Counted from the first letter of the stretch, positions 45,251-56,272 are shown. The stretch: DNA of 64,000 nt from Candidatus Cloacimonadota bacterium (GCA_029561955.1 JAKQWO010000036.1:27814-91813); one strand, 5' to 3'. Numbers and translations are program-made. Notes: generated by a model not told the origin, from the letters alone.

Positions 45251-45370
45251 ATTCAAATCATAGATCGAGTAGAGAGTCAGCCGGCTTTGAGGAGCCTGTG
45301 GCTCTCTGCTTGTTTTTCACCTGCGGTTCAGCGCAGGTCTGATCAATCCAATACACGATGAGGATGGAGT

Positions 45371-46609
45371 ATGAAGTTTCTGCATAGCTCAGATTGGCAT
45401 CTGGGTATCAAATTGTATGGCCGCACTCGTTATGAGGAACAAGAGGCCTTTTTATCCTGGTTGATAGACACCGTCAACACCCATGAGATTGAGCTCCTGC
45501 TGGTTTCAGGAGACATTTTTGACAGCAGCATGCCCGCCAATAAAGCGCAGGAACTTTACTACGGCTTTTTGGGGAGGTTGGCAAAAACTACCTGCAAACA
45601 TGCGGTCATCATCGCCGGCAATCACGATTCTTCCAGCTTGCTGGGTGCACCTGCCGAGTTGTTTAAGATGATGGATATCCATGTGGTTGGGCAGATAGGC
45701 GAGCAGCCAGAGGATTCTCTGATTTACCTCAGGGACAAGGCCGGTAAACTGCAGGCTATCGTGTGTGCAGTTCCATATTTGCGAGAGCGTGAGCTCAGGC
45801 AGGTGGACGCCGGCGAAAGCCTCAGCGACAAAGAGGAAAAGCTGCAGCAGGGCATCAAAAGCCGCTATCAGGACGTCATTGAAGCTGCATATAACGAAAA
45901 AGAATACAGCCCAGAGATACCCATTGTGGTGATGGGGCATTTGTATATGCAGGAAAGCTATCTAAACGAATCAAATGCGGTGCGGGAGTTGTATTTGGGT
46001 TCCATTATCCGCTCCAGCGTGGACATCTTTGCTGAGAGGCTCTCCTACGTGGCTCTGGGGCACTTGCATCGCTGTCAAAAGGTGGGTGGCAAAGATCAGA
46101 TCCGCTATAGCGGCAGTCCCATCCCTCTGAGCTTTGCTGAAGCAGAATATCCACACAAGGTGCTGATCGGGCATTTAAGAGAGGCTTCAGGCGTCCAAGA
46201 CTTGGAGGTTCCGCAAAGCTATATTATGAAAAGCATTGCAGGTGATGAAGAGCAGATTGTTGCGGTGATGAAGGAGCTGATAGAGCAAGATCAGATTTGC
46301 CTCATTGAGGTAGAATATCGGGGCACCGGTAGCGGCAGCTTGCTCAGAGACGAGGTGAATGAACTGCTCAAGGGTAGCCGGGTGGAGCTGTTGCGCTTTC
46401 AAAACCGTCAATACGTGGAAACTACCCTCCGCATGAATGAGGATTACGCCGATCTCGCCACCCTTGATCCAAAGCAGGTTTTTGAGAAGCGTTTGGAAAA
46501 GATGGCAAGCGATGAGCCTGAGTTTGATGAGGCAGAGATCAAAACTTTGTGGGCTTGCTATCATCAGATCCTGCAAGAGCTTCAAGAGTCTTATTCCAAT
46601 GCTGAATGA
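45371..46609 (+). CDS. sbcD: Exonuclease SbcCD, nuclease subunit D
   Basis: 'MKFLHSSDWHLG', 'VSGDIFD' and 'IAGNHD'. Confidence 0.9.
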   Translation: MKFLHSSDWHLGIKLYGRTRYEEQEAFLSWLIDTVNTHEIELLLVSGDIFDSSMPANKAQELYYGFLGRLAKTTCKHAVIIAGNHDSSSLLGAPAELFKMMDIHVVGQIGEQPEDSLIYLRDKAGKLQAIVCAVPYLRERELRQVDAGESLSDKEEKLQQGIKSRYQDVIEAAYNEKEYSPEIPIVVMGHLYMQESYLNESNAVRELYLGSIIRSSVDIFAERLSYVALGHLHRCQKVGGKDQIRYSGSPIPLSFAEAEYPHKVLIGHLREASGVQDLEVPQSYIMKSIAGDEEQIVAVMKELIEQDQICLIEVEYRGTGSGSLLRDEVNELLKGSRVELLRFQNRQYVETTLRMNEDYADLATLDPKQVFEKRLEKMASDEPEFDEAEIKTLWACYHQILQELQESYSNAE

Positions 46610-46618
46610 GGTGAAGAA

Positions 46619-49600
46619 ATGAAGATACTCAAGGTCACATTTGAAAACATCAATTCCCTCAAGGGAAGACACCAGATAGATTTTACCCATCCAGACTACG
46701 CCGCTAACAACATCTTTGCCATCACAGGCCCCACAGGCTCCGGCAAAAGCACCATTCTGGACGCCATCTGCTTGGCACTTTATGGCAAAACACCACGTCA
46801 GAATATGATCAGCAAAACCACCAACGAGATCATGAGCAAAGGCACAGGTGAATGCTTCAGCGAGCTGGAGTTTGCGGTTGATGATATCAGATACTTGTGC
46901 CGCTGGAGCCAAATCAGAGCACGTGGCAAGCAGGACGGAAATCTGCAAGCTCCCAGACACGAGGTCTCTCAGCTTACTGATGACAAACCCGAGGGCGATA
47001 TCATAGCAAGCGGCATCACCAAGGTCAAGGACTGCGTTGAGGAGATCACCAATCTGGACTTTGATCGCTTTACCCGCTCTATCCTCTTGGCACAAGGTGA
47101 ATTTGATGCCTTTCTCAATGCCAACAGCTCTCAGAAGGGCGAGATTTTGGAGCAGATCACCGGCACGCAGGTTTATGGTGAGATTTCGAAGGCGGTATAT
47201 GAGGAAAGCTCAGAGAGGAAAAAGGCTCTGGATCTGGCTAAAGTGAGGTTGGAAGGTATCACCTTTTTGGATGCTGAACAGCGGGAAAACATTGAAGCAG
47301 AGCTTGAGGCTTACAAACAGGAAGCTGATAAACTCAACGAGGAGCGCCAAATCCTGCGTGAAATCCAAGCGAAGAAGCAGAAAGTGATCGACCTTCAAGG
47401 ACAGCTTGATAGCCTGAAGCAAGCTCAAACTGAGCTGGAAAAGAAGGTCTCGGATTTTGCGCCTCGTAAGCGTGCCTATGAGAGTGCTGAGAAAGCACGT
47501 AACTTCAAGGGAGAATATGATCTATTGCAAAGGGATAACCAAGCTCAGGAAAAGCTCTTCCAAAAGATTCGGGCCGGGCAAGACGAGCAGCAGCTCATCC
47601 AAGAGCGACTCGACAAGGCAGAAAAAGACTATCAAGAAGCCTCTGCCAAGCTCAAAGATGCAGAGGGCAAAGACCACAGCATGAAAGAGAGTTTTAACGC
47701 TGCCAGAGAGCTGGATATCAAGATCGAAAACAAAGCAGAAGCGTATGCCAAATCCCTCAAGGAGCTAAAAGATCAAACGGATCAAAACAAGGAGCTGCAA
47801 GAGACGATAGCAAAGCTTGAAAAAGAGATCAAGAAGTTTGAGGAAAACAAGGCAGATAAGCTTAGATATAAGGAAGAACACGTAGCAGATGCCGCATTGG
47901 TGGACTCTTTGAAGGCTCTCGTCAGCATGATGGACAGGCTGCAGGAAGAGCAGGCAAAACTTAGGCAACTTCAGGATGAACTGAAACAACTGGATTGTGA
48001 AGCTTTGGAAAAGGAGTTGCAGAAGCTGGAGAAGGGCTCAAATAAGCTGAAAGAAGGGCTGAATGCAAACGATAAGGAATTGAAGCTCTTGGATGAGGAT
48101 ATAAACAAGCTCTTAGGCGGCAAAAGCAGGGAAGGCATTCAGGATGAAAGTGAGAGGCTGAGCCAGGAAATCAAAGACCTGAGTCCTCTGTTAGAGCATT
48201 TAAAGCAGAAGGAGAATAAGCTGCAGCAGCGGCAAAAGCTCCAATCCGAGCTTGAATCGGCAGCTAAGACCTTGTTAAATCTCAAAGCTGAGGTTAAGAC
48301 TCTGGAGCCCCAGGTGAGTCGAATGCAAGAGGAGCTTGTGCAGCAAAAGCTGATCAGGAGCCTCGATGATCACCGTAAGGAGCTGCAGGAAAACCAGCCC
48401 TGCCCTCTCTGCGGTTCCACGCATCATCCTTATATTCAAGACCTGCCTGCCATCAAAGAAGACAACCTGTCCTCGCTGCAAGAGGCGCTTCAGCAGCAGC
48501 AGAAGGAGCTGGAAACCAAGCGTGAAAGCATTACCAAAACCCAAACTGAGTCCGACCTCAAGCAGCAATCTTTAAGCGAGCTGATAGACGAGCTAAACAA
48601 GCTTGATGAGTCTATCATCAAGCTCCGTCCGGAGACTGATCAAGCTCTGGAATCTGAGACGATCAAAGCAGAGCTGGATCAAAAGGAGGAGGCTCAGAAA
48701 GGCTTGCAAAAACTGATCAAGGAATTGGATCAATTGCAATCCCAAAAGGATAAAAAGGCCGCTCAAAGGGATAAGCTCATGGGTGAGATTATTGAGCAAA
48801 ACAAAGAGCTGAGCAGAACCAACATCGAGTTTACAGCGCTCACGAACGAAAAAAGAGGGCTGATGAAGCAGATCGGTAGCCAAAAGACAACCATCGAACA
48901 ACAAAGAGACGGCCTAAATCAGCAATTGCAGCCTTTTAGTCTCCAGATAACGGCAGATACTCTGACGCAGGAGCTGAAAGAAACGCTCACCGCTTCCAAA
49001 AAGGCCTGGCTGGCAAATGAAGAAAACTTGCGCATGGTGAAAGAAGAGCTAATCATCCGCGAGAAAGAGCACGCTAACAAGACGGAAAGCCTGAAAGAAC
49101 AGCAAGATAAGCTTGCCACATCCGAAAAGCAGACCAAGAGCCTTGAACAAGAGAAAGCTGAGCTGAAGAAGCAAAGAACTCAGGTCTTGGATGCTATAGA
49201 CGTAGAGAAAGCCGAGCAGAAATGGAACACTGAGCTTGTAAAGCGCAGAAGAGAGGAAAGCGAGGGCAAACAAACTCTGGAAAAGAGCAAATCCGAGCTA
49301 CAAAACAGCCAAAAACAATTGGAGCATATGCAAAAAGAACACAGCCAGCAAGCGCAGGAATTGCAGGCAGCAAATGATCAGTTCCAAAGCAGAATCCAGG
49401 CTCAGGGCTTTGATGACCTGCCTGGTTTCACTCAAGCCTTGCTGGGTGATGCTGAATTTGCCCAGCTCAAAGGCGATATCGAGCAGTTGACAGAGGAAAA
49501 GCAGCGTCTGGAGGGGATTCTGGAGCAAACGACCAAGGACATTAAGCAAGCTCAGGCGCAGGATCAAGACCCCAGAGAGATGATCACGATCAAGGAAGTC

Positions 49601-50251
49601 TTGGCAGAGCTGGAAAACAGACTGAGTGAAGCCTCCAGAAAGCAGGGAGAGTGCGATAGCAAGCTCAAGATGGACAAAGACCAGCATATGAGATTTGCGA
49701 CCCAGGAAAAGGAGATTTCCGAGCTTGAGCAACAGTACAAGCCCTGGGAAAGGCTGAATCACCTGATCGGCTCTGCAGGCGGCAAGAAGTTTCGCACCTT
49801 TGCTCAGGGTATCACTTTCGACCTGCTGATCCATTACGCAAACAAGCATCTGAGCAAGCTCAACCATCGTTATCAACTGAAGCACAGGCAAGACATCCCC
49901 TTGGAGCTGGATGTGATCGACCTGTTTCAGGCAGATCAGGTGCGCAGCATCAACAACCTCTCCGGCGGCGAAAGCTTCCTGGTGAGCCTCGCCTTGGCCT
50001 TGGGTCTTTCCTCAATGTCCAGCCAAAACATCAAGATAGGCAGCCTCTTTTTGGATGAAGGCTTTGGCTCGTTGGATGAAGACAGCCTCGAGCTCGCTAT
50101 CTCCACCTTGTCCGAGCTGAAGCGGGATGAAGAAAAGCTGATCGGAGTTATCTCCCACGTGCCCGCCATCCGTGAAAGAATCACCTGCCAAATCACCGTG
50201 ACCAGCATGCCCGGAGGCGTGAGCAAACTGGAAGGGCCTGGGGTAAATTAG
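46619..50251 (+). CDS. sbcC: Exonuclease SbcCD, ATPase subunit C
   Basis: Walker A 'GPTGSGKST', long coiled coil, zinc hook 'CPLCGS', 'LSGGESFLVSLALAL' and 'LFLDEGFGSLD'. Confidence 0.9.
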   Translation: MKILKVTFENINSLKGRHQIDFTHPDYAANNIFAITGPTGSGKSTILDAICLALYGKTPRQNMISKTTNEIMSKGTGECFSELEFAVDDIRYLCRWSQIRARGKQDGNLQAPRHEVSQLTDDKPEGDIIASGITKVKDCVEEITNLDFDRFTRSILLAQGEFDAFLNANSSQKGEILEQITGTQVYGEISKAVYEESSERKKALDLAKVRLEGITFLDAEQRENIEAELEAYKQEADKLNEERQILREIQAKKQKVIDLQGQLDSLKQAQTELEKKVSDFAPRKRAYESAEKARNFKGEYDLLQRDNQAQEKLFQKIRAGQDEQQLIQERLDKAEKDYQEASAKLKDAEGKDHSMKESFNAARELDIKIENKAEAYAKSLKELKDQTDQNKELQETIAKLEKEIKKFEENKADKLRYKEEHVADAALVDSLKALVSMMDRLQEEQAKLRQLQDELKQLDCEALEKELQKLEKGSNKLKEGLNANDKELKLLDEDINKLLGGKSREGIQDESERLSQEIKDLSPLLEHLKQKENKLQQRQKLQSELESAAKTLLNLKAEVKTLEPQVSRMQEELVQQKLIRSLDDHRKELQENQPCPLCGSTHHPYIQDLPAIKEDNLSSLQEALQQQQKELETKRESITKTQTESDLKQQSLSELIDELNKLDESIIKLRPETDQALESETIKAELDQKEEAQKGLQKLIKELDQLQSQKDKKAAQRDKLMGEIIEQNKELSRTNIEFTALTNEKRGLMKQIGSQKTTIEQQRDGLNQQLQPFSLQITADTLTQELKETLTASKKAWLANEENLRMVKEELIIREKEHANKTESLKEQQDKLATSEKQTKSLEQEKAELKKQRTQVLDAIDVEKAEQKWNTELVKRRREESEGKQTLEKSKSELQNSQKQLEHMQKEHSQQAQELQAANDQFQSRIQAQGFDDLPGFTQALLGDAEFAQLKGDIEQLTEEKQRLEGILEQTTKDIKQAQAQDQDPREMITIKEVLAELENRLSEASRKQGECDSKLKMDKDQHMRFATQEKEISELEQQYKPWERLNHLIGSAGGKKFRTFAQGITFDLLIHYANKHLSKLNHRYQLKHRQDIPLELDVIDLFQADQVRSINNLSGGESFLVSLALALGLSSMSSQNIKIGSLFLDEGFGSLDEDSLELAISTLSELKRDEEKLIGVISHVPAIRERITCQITVTSMPGGVSKLEGPGVN

Positions 50252-50277
50252 GCCATAAGCCTTATATAGACACAAAA

Positions 50278-50309
50278 ATAGCCAACTTCCGCAGATGGAG
50301 GTTGGCTAT
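50278..50309. terminator. Hairpin between the convergent sbcC and rnfB genes (bidirectional terminator candidate)
   Basis: ATAGCCAAC (50278-50286) pairs with GTTGGCTAT (50301-50309). AAAAA lies upstream and TTTCT downstream. Confidence 0.6.
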
Positions 50310-50328
50310 TTCTATATGTAGGTGTTAT

Positions 50329-51357
50329 TTACACCATTGTTATCGCTTTCTTGGGGCATCTGCCGAGGCAGAGTTCACAACCTACGCAGAGTTCAGTATT
50401 CACCGTGTGTGTTTGCTTCAATTCACCACTGATAGCCTTGACGGGGCATTGCTTGGTGCAGAGCGTGCAGCCTATGCAAAGATCGGCTGAGATTTGGGCT
50501 TTTTTGCGCCTTCCAGCCAGGGGATCAAAGATAGCTTTGGTAGGGCAAGCCGTAGCACAGATGCCGCAATTGATGCACTTTTCATCGTCTATACGGGCGA
50601 GGTTGTCTATGATGGTGATAGCTCCAGCAGGGCATTTCTTGGCGCAGATGCCGCAACCGATGCAGGAATGCTGGCTACCACAGGCTGCCTTTGCATCTGG
50701 ACCTTTGGCTTTGGAAGAGCAGTTGATCTGCACATTTTGGTCGATGGGATGCAGCGATATCAGCTTACGCGGGCAGGCTGCCACGCAGGCTCCGCAGCCG
50801 GTGCACTTTTCGATATCTATGTGACGCATGCCGTCTTCATCCACGTGGATTGCTTCAAATAAGCAGGCATTTACGCAGTCATTGAATCCCACGCAGCCCC
50901 ATTCACAGGCATTCGGTCCACCGGCCAAATTCACGGCGGATTTGCAACTGAACACACCCTGGTATTGGTATCTCCAGTTGGTGGTTTTAAGACCGCCCGA
51001 GCTGCAGTGGATGAAGGCGACGTTTTTCTGGACTTCGGTGACTTCCTGTCCCATGATTTTGGCGATCTGGGCTACTACGTCAGCACCGCCGGGAGAGCAT
51101 TTGTTGATTGCTTCGCCTTTATTGACGATGGCATCAGCATAGCCAGAGCAGCCGGGATTGCCGCAGCCACCGCAGTTTGCACCTGGCAAGATTTCGTTGA
51201 TCTCTTCCACGCGGGGATCGACTTCTACGGCGAAGACCTTGGAAGCGATGGCCAAAAGCACGCCAAATACGAGACCTAAAATACCGATAATGAAGGTTGG
51301 GATGCCGATTTGGGCGGCAAGAGAAGCTTCGGCAAGAGTGACAAAAACTATATTCAT
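50329..51357 (-). CDS. rnfB: Rnf complex subunit B (polyferredoxin type)
   Basis: N-terminal TM segment and several CxxCxxCxxxCP clusters. Confidence 0.85.
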   Translation of the reverse strand: MNIVFVTLAEASLAAQIGIPTFIIGILGLVFGVLLAIASKVFAVEVDPRVEEINEILPGANCGGCGNPGCSGYADAIVNKGEAINKCSPGGADVVAQIAKIMGQEVTEVQKNVAFIHCSSGGLKTTNWRYQYQGVFSCKSAVNLAGGPNACEWGCVGFNDCVNACLFEAIHVDEDGMRHIDIEKCTGCGACVAACPRKLISLHPIDQNVQINCSSKAKGPDAKAACGSQHSCIGCGICAKKCPAGAITIIDNLARIDDEKCINCGICATACPTKAIFDPLAGRRKKAQISADLCIGCTLCTKQCPVKAISGELKQTHTVNTELCVGCELCLGRCPKKAITMV

Positions 51358-51368
51358 GGTTTACATCC

Positions 51369-51971
51369 TTAGAGTTTGAATCCCATAAAGCCGTAGAAGG
51401 CCAGAGCCATGATGCCGGCCAAGATCAGAGCTATGGGCATGCCTCTCATATACTTGGGTAGAGTCACCAACCCCAGACGTTGACGTATTCCCGCCATGGC
51501 TAAAAGCACTACGGTAAAGCCAACACCGCTGAAGAAGCCGTTGAGCGTGCTATCCAGAAAGTTGTAGGGAGTCACGCCATCAGAACGCACGGCTGTGGTA
51601 TTGAGGATGGCCACACCCAGCACGGCGCAGTTGGTGGTGATCAGAGGCAGGTAGACGCCTAATGATTTATAGAGTGCGGGCGCATTTTTCTGGATCACCA
51701 TCTCCACAAATTGCACCAAAGCGGCGATGGTGAGGATGAAGGCAATGGTCTGCAAATAGGCATAAGGACCTAAGAGATAGACGTTTATCAGGTAGGTGAT
51801 GCTGGCGGTAAGCGTCATCACAAAGATCACTGCCATACCCATGCCAAAGGCGGAATCTATTTTGGTGGAAACGCCCAGGAAGGGGCAGAGACCCAAGAAG
51901 CGCGAGAGCAGGAAGTTTTGGATGAAGATAGCCGACATGGCTATCACAAATATTTCACCGATATAAGTCAT
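51369..51971 (-). CDS. rnfA: Rnf complex subunit A
   Basis: Six-TM RnfA/NqrE-like sequence at the expected operon position. Confidence 0.85.
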   Translation of the reverse strand: MTYIGEIFVIAMSAIFIQNFLLSRFLGLCPFLGVSTKIDSAFGMGMAVIFVMTLTASITYLINVYLLGPYAYLQTIAFILTIAALVQFVEMVIQKNAPALYKSLGVYLPLITTNCAVLGVAILNTTAVRSDGVTPYNFLDSTLNGFFSGVGFTVVLLAMAGIRQRLGLVTLPKYMRGMPIALILAGIMALAFYGFMGFKL

Positions 51972-52561
51972 GATCTTTTCTCCTTAAGCCGGTTCATCAA
52001 AGCCATCAAAAAGCCCAAAGTAAAGAAGGCTCCGGGTGCCAGGATGGCCACTAACATTGGCTCGTAGCTGTTGGGCATTACCCGGATTCCCAACCAGGTG
52101 CCGCTACCCAAGATCTCTCTGATGGTAGCAACTATCGTGAGCGACAGTGTAGCGCCCATGCCCATTCCCAAACCATCCGCCAGGGAGTAAAGCACGTTGT
52201 TTTTGCTGGCAAAGGCTTCAGCACGGCCCAAGATGACGCAGTTGACCACGATCAGCGGGATGAAGATGCCCAAAGCCTTGTGCAGAGGAGGCAAGAAGGC
52301 AGCCATGGTCATATCCACCACACTCACGAAGGCAGCGATCACCACGATAAAGATGGGGATGCGGATGCTGGAAGGCACGATATCCTTGATCAGCGAGATG
52401 ATGATATTGGAGCAGATCACGACGAAGGTCACCGCCGCTCCCATACCCAGCGCATTGATCACAGAAGTGGAAACAGCCAGGGTGGGACAGGTTCCCAGCA
52501 CCAGCACAAACATGGGATTTTCTTTGATCAATCCCTTGACTATCTCATAAAAGAATCTCAC
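51968..52561 (-). CDS. rnfE: Rnf complex subunit E
   Basis: RnfE/NqrD-like sequence with 4-nt overlaps on both sides. Confidence 0.85.
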   Translation of the reverse strand: MRFFYEIVKGLIKENPMFVLVLGTCPTLAVSTSVINALGMGAAVTFVVICSNIIISLIKDIVPSSIRIPIFIVVIAAFVSVVDMTMAAFLPPLHKALGIFIPLIVVNCVILGRAEAFASKNNVLYSLADGLGMGMGATLSLTIVATIREILGSGTWLGIRVMPNSYEPMLVAILAPGAFFTLGFLMALMNRLKEKRS

Positions 52562-53112
52562 TCTGCCACCTCCTGTTTCTTGGCCAGATCAGCCTTGATG
52601 GCTTGGATTTCTTCACTGAGTGAAGCGGCGATGGCTCTGGAGGTGATGGTTGCGCCGGTGATGCTCTTGATATCGCCTCCATCTTTTTTAACCGCCAGTT
52701 TATCAGGTGTTTTGCCTTTGAATTGTGCAGTGAAGCTATCGGTTACACAGTTTGCGCCCAAGCCGGGAGTCTCACCTTGATCTATGATCTTGATGCCGAT
52801 GACCCGAAATTCCGGATCCAAGCCGGCCATAGTCTTGATGATGCTGCTATATCCTTTCTTTTGGGCTGTAAAGGTATATCCTTTCAGCTCTTTAGTCTCT
52901 TTATCCCTGGCGATAAAGTAGCTGAAGTCATCACGTAGGACCACCTCTTCAAAGTCGCAACCCGGAATCAGCTTTTCTCTGCTTTCGATAGATTCTTCCG
53001 CTTTAAGAGCTGCGATTTTGGGTTCGGTAACGCTGTTTACATAGGCCAGGACGCCGGTGGCAATTGCGCAGATGGCCAAGAGAATGCCGCCAAGTTTGAG
53101 GTAGTATTTCAT
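52558..53112 (-). CDS. rnfG: Rnf complex subunit G
   Basis: FMN-binding motif 'ITGATITSRA' and one TM segment. Confidence 0.85.
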   Translation of the reverse strand: MKYYLKLGGILLAICAIATGVLAYVNSVTEPKIAALKAEESIESREKLIPGCDFEEVVLRDDFSYFIARDKETKELKGYTFTAQKKGYSSIIKTMAGLDPEFRVIGIKIIDQGETPGLGANCVTDSFTAQFKGKTPDKLAVKKDGGDIKSITGATITSRAIAASLSEEIQAIKADLAKKQEVAE

Positions 53113-54209
53113 TTTTTCACCTTCCCGAAAGCTTTTGGCATGGTAACCATGTCGATTAGGGGTGTAAAGACGTTCATCAGCAGGATGGAATAGCTCACAC
53201 CTTCCGGGTAGCCGCCCATCATCCTGATCACCACGGTGAGGACACCACAGCCGATACCGAAGATGATGCGTCCCTTCTTGGTGAGCGGCGTGGTGGTGTA
53301 ATCTGTAGCCATGAAAAAAGCGCCCAGGATCAAGCCACCGCTAAAGAGGTGGAAGATGGGCAGGGAGAAAGAGGTGCCGCTGCCGGGAATGCCTCCAAAG
53401 ATGAAGGTGAGCACGGCCACGGTAGCTAAATAGAACAGAGGGATGCGCCATTCAATGATATTCTTCCACAACAGCCAAGCCGCACCCAAGAGCAGCGCAA
53501 ACACGCTCACTTCGCCGATGCAGCCTGCTACATTACCCCAAAAGAGGTTCTGCAGCGTGCTGCCATCCGTGAGGCTCATGAAGATCTTATTGGCAATATC
53601 CGTATTCAGGGCGGGGCTCTGGGTGAATGTGCTCACAAAGCTGGTGTCCCTGAGTGTGTGTGCGATATTGAGGGGAGTGGCCGAAGTGACAAAGGCATGT
53701 GCTTTGGGGGCTATGGTTTGGAGTTCAGAAATGAGGCTGGGATTTGTGATGGCGTTCATGGAGCCGAAGCGCGTCGCTTGCCAGCCTCCGGTCATCAAAG
53801 TAGGCCAGGAAGCGAGCAGGAAAGCACGTCCCAAGAGTGCGGGGTTGACAGGGTTATTTCCCAAACCGCCAAACACCTGTTTACCAATTGCGATGGCAAA
53901 AGCGGCACCCATGACGGGCATCCACCAAGGGGCAGCCACGTTGAGATTGAAAGCCAACAGCAGCCCGGTCAAAAATGCGCTGCCATCGGAGATGCGGATG
54001 GGGACTTTGCGCAGATATTGGATCAGTGCTTCGGTGCAGACGGCTGTGAAAGCACCCAAAAGCGAGAGAAACAGAGCTCTGAAACCCCAGTAATATACGG
54101 AGGCTATCAAAGCCGGAACCAAGGCCAGCACTACATTCCACATCACGTTGGGGATGGTTGTGGCATCATGGATGTGCGGTGCCGGTGAGACTAAAACTTT
54201 ATCTTTCAT
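53109..54209 (-). CDS. rnfD: Rnf complex subunit D
   Basis: 'VSPAPHIHD', a multi-TM profile and 'TDYTTTP'. Start chosen at ATG 54209 (AAGGA 8 nt upstream). 54218 and 54248 are alternatives. Confidence 0.85.
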   Translation of the reverse strand: MKDKVLVSPAPHIHDATTIPNVMWNVVLALVPALIASVYYWGFRALFLSLLGAFTAVCTEALIQYLRKVPIRISDGSAFLTGLLLAFNLNVAAPWWMPVMGAAFAIAIGKQVFGGLGNNPVNPALLGRAFLLASWPTLMTGGWQATRFGSMNAITNPSLISELQTIAPKAHAFVTSATPLNIAHTLRDTSFVSTFTQSPALNTDIANKIFMSLTDGSTLQNLFWGNVAGCIGEVSVFALLLGAAWLLWKNIIEWRIPLFYLATVAVLTFIFGGIPGSGTSFSLPIFHLFSGGLILGAFFMATDYTTTPLTKKGRIIFGIGCGVLTVVIRMMGGYPEGVSYSILLMNVFTPLIDMVTMPKAFGKVKK

Positions 54210-54220
54210 ATCAGGCATCC

Positions 54221-55543
54221 TTATTTCTTGCGTTGAGCTTCTGCCCAACTGAGCTTGCCGGTGTCAATCCATTGCACCAAGCGGATGTGAGCCGGGCAGA
54301 CATAGGCGCAACTGCCGCATTTGATACAGTCATTTAGCCCCATCTTCACGGCGTTGTCCAAGTCGCCTACCTTTACATGAGCCACGATCAGTGAGGGCAT
54401 CAGGTCCATGGGGCAGACGTCTATACATCTGGCGCAACGCAGACAATCCCGCTCCTCGATGTCGGACGCTTCCTTTTTATCCAAGATCACCAAGCCGGAA
54501 GAGCCTTTACCCACAGATGCTTCCAGAGAAGGAATGGCAAAGCCCATCATCGGCCCGCCACAGATGTATTTACCCGGCTCTTGATTGAGTCCACCGCAGG
54601 CATCTACCAACTCTTGGAAGGGAGTTCCGATGCGGGCACGCAGGTTTTTGGGTGTCTTTACCACGCTGCCGGTAACGGTGATGATACGCTCCACCAAAGG
54701 CTTTTGATAGCGGATGGCTTCATAGATGGCAAAAGCGGTGCCTACGTTTTGCACCACCACTCCCACCGCGGAGGGAAGCCCGCCGGCATTGGGAACTTTG
54801 CGCTTGGTAGCTGCATAAATAAGCTGCTTTTCCGCTCCCTGAGGATAACGCAATTGCAGTGGAACCACGCTGAGTGCGGTTTCTTTGGCGCAGAGTTTGC
54901 TCATCAGGTCGATGGCATCCGGTTTGTTGGCTTCAATACCGATCATCCCTTGCCTGGCGCCCACCATTTTCATGATCAGCTTGAGTCCTTGAACGATGCA
55001 TTCGCCTTTTTCCAGCATCAAACGATGATCACTGGTGAGATAGGGTTCGCATTCCACGCCGTTCAAAATCACGGTATCAATGGGCTTATCCGCTGGGGGT
55101 GAAAGCTTTACAAAGGTGGGGAAACCGGCGCCACCCATGCCACAAATGCCGGCATTGTTGACGCGCTGTTTCATTTCTTCTACGGATAAATCCATGTAGT
55201 TTGGATCATCGGCAAATTCCAGCCAGGCGTCATTGCCATCAGAGGTGATTTGGATCGCTTGGCTGATGCCGCCTGTGGGATGCGTAAACCTTTCAATCTT
55301 GGTGACTTTGCCGCTGATGGAAGCATGCTGAGGGATGGAAACGAAGCCTGTGGCTTCGGCAATCAATTGACCAACCTTGACCTCATCGCCCACGGAAACT
55401 ACGGGCTTGGAAGGAGCACCAATGTGTTGGGACATGTGGATAACCACTTGGGTCGGGACTGCCATGTCCTCGATAGGGAGGGCTGCAGATCTGTGCTTGT
55501 TGTCCGGTGGGTGAACACCGCCAGCAAAAGTCTTTAACCTCAT
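54221..55543 (-). CDS. rnfC: Rnf complex subunit C
   Basis: 'MRLKTFAGGVHPPDNK', 'CIRCARCIDVCP' and 'CIKCGSCAYVCP'. Start moved to ATG 55543, after AGGAG. Confidence 0.9.
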   Translation of the reverse strand: MRLKTFAGGVHPPDNKHRSAALPIEDMAVPTQVVIHMSQHIGAPSKPVVSVGDEVKVGQLIAEATGFVSIPQHASISGKVTKIERFTHPTGGISQAIQITSDGNDAWLEFADDPNYMDLSVEEMKQRVNNAGICGMGGAGFPTFVKLSPPADKPIDTVILNGVECEPYLTSDHRLMLEKGECIVQGLKLIMKMVGARQGMIGIEANKPDAIDLMSKLCAKETALSVVPLQLRYPQGAEKQLIYAATKRKVPNAGGLPSAVGVVVQNVGTAFAIYEAIRYQKPLVERIITVTGSVVKTPKNLRARIGTPFQELVDACGGLNQEPGKYICGGPMMGFAIPSLEASVGKGSSGLVILDKKEASDIEERDCLRCARCIDVCPMDLMPSLIVAHVKVGDLDNAVKMGLNDCIKCGSCAYVCPAHIRLVQWIDTGKLSWAEAQRKK

Positions 55544-55794
55544 TAAAACTCCTGTGAACTCACCAAATAGTAAGGCGGGTTTGTTAATTTGGTGCCACTT
55601 TCTACGAAGCGCAGAATAAGGCAAGACTTTTTTAGCGGTAGGGAGTAAAATGTTCATATACTCCTGAGAGAACGGCTCGATTTGCCGCTTACGAAGTATG
55701 GGCGCTCGCCGCAGCGACCGGCAAGTGCATCTTGCTTCAAAAAGGAAGGCTCAAGTTCAATTAGGGTGGATGGAAGCAAAGAAACAAGAAACGT

Positions 55795-56140
55795 TCAAAC
55801 ACCTACTATTTTAGTAGGAGTTCATTTCCGCGCACGGGTGTCGGGAAAAAGCAGGTCTTTCTGAAATATTTGCCTGTCTGGCAGGAAAAAGTAACAGGAA
55901 ACGGCCGTTTTTGACCCCCCTTAAAGCCACTGTTTATGCGGCGTCCCTGCCCCGCCCCTGCTCGGCTCCTCCTCCATCGAGCAGGAATGGCATAGGATAG
56001 CAATAGGTTACACGTTTGGGCGGAGGAGGCGCTTAGTAACCGGTGAACCTTTTCAAAAAGTCAAATGTTTCGATATATTCTCGGCTTTTTAGTGGTGATT
56101 AAGACCCAAAATGGACGTTATTTCAGCCCTAAAAAGCGGG
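55795..56140 (+). repeat. Family A dispersed repeat, copy 3
   Basis: Hairpin CCTACTA-TTT-TAGTAGG (55802-55818), followed by sequence collinear with 5455-5810. The 3' third is more diverged. Confidence 0.8.
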
Positions 56141-56216
56141 GGAGAGGAGCTGATTTTTCGAAAGGTAAGGCCTGACTTGGTTTGGGGGCAGTTTTGCAAA
56201 AAAAAGAATATATCCT

Positions 56217-56245
56217 TTGACAAAAAAGCCCCCAAAATCATACTG
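56217..56245 (+). promoter_or_regulatory. Promoter candidate for dnaE
   Basis: TTGACA (56217-56222), 17-nt spacer, ATACTG (56240-56245). Confidence 0.3.
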
Positions 56246-56272
56246 CCATTATGATCAATCTGGAGTGTTACA

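Noticed and set aside
55434-55442. DnaA-box-like TGTGGATAA, with the iteron arrays as a possible replication origin
   Set aside because: There is a single box and it lies inside the rnfC coding sequence. No cluster of DnaA boxes or AT-rich unwinding element lies next to the iterons, and dnaA and dnaN are absent from the window.
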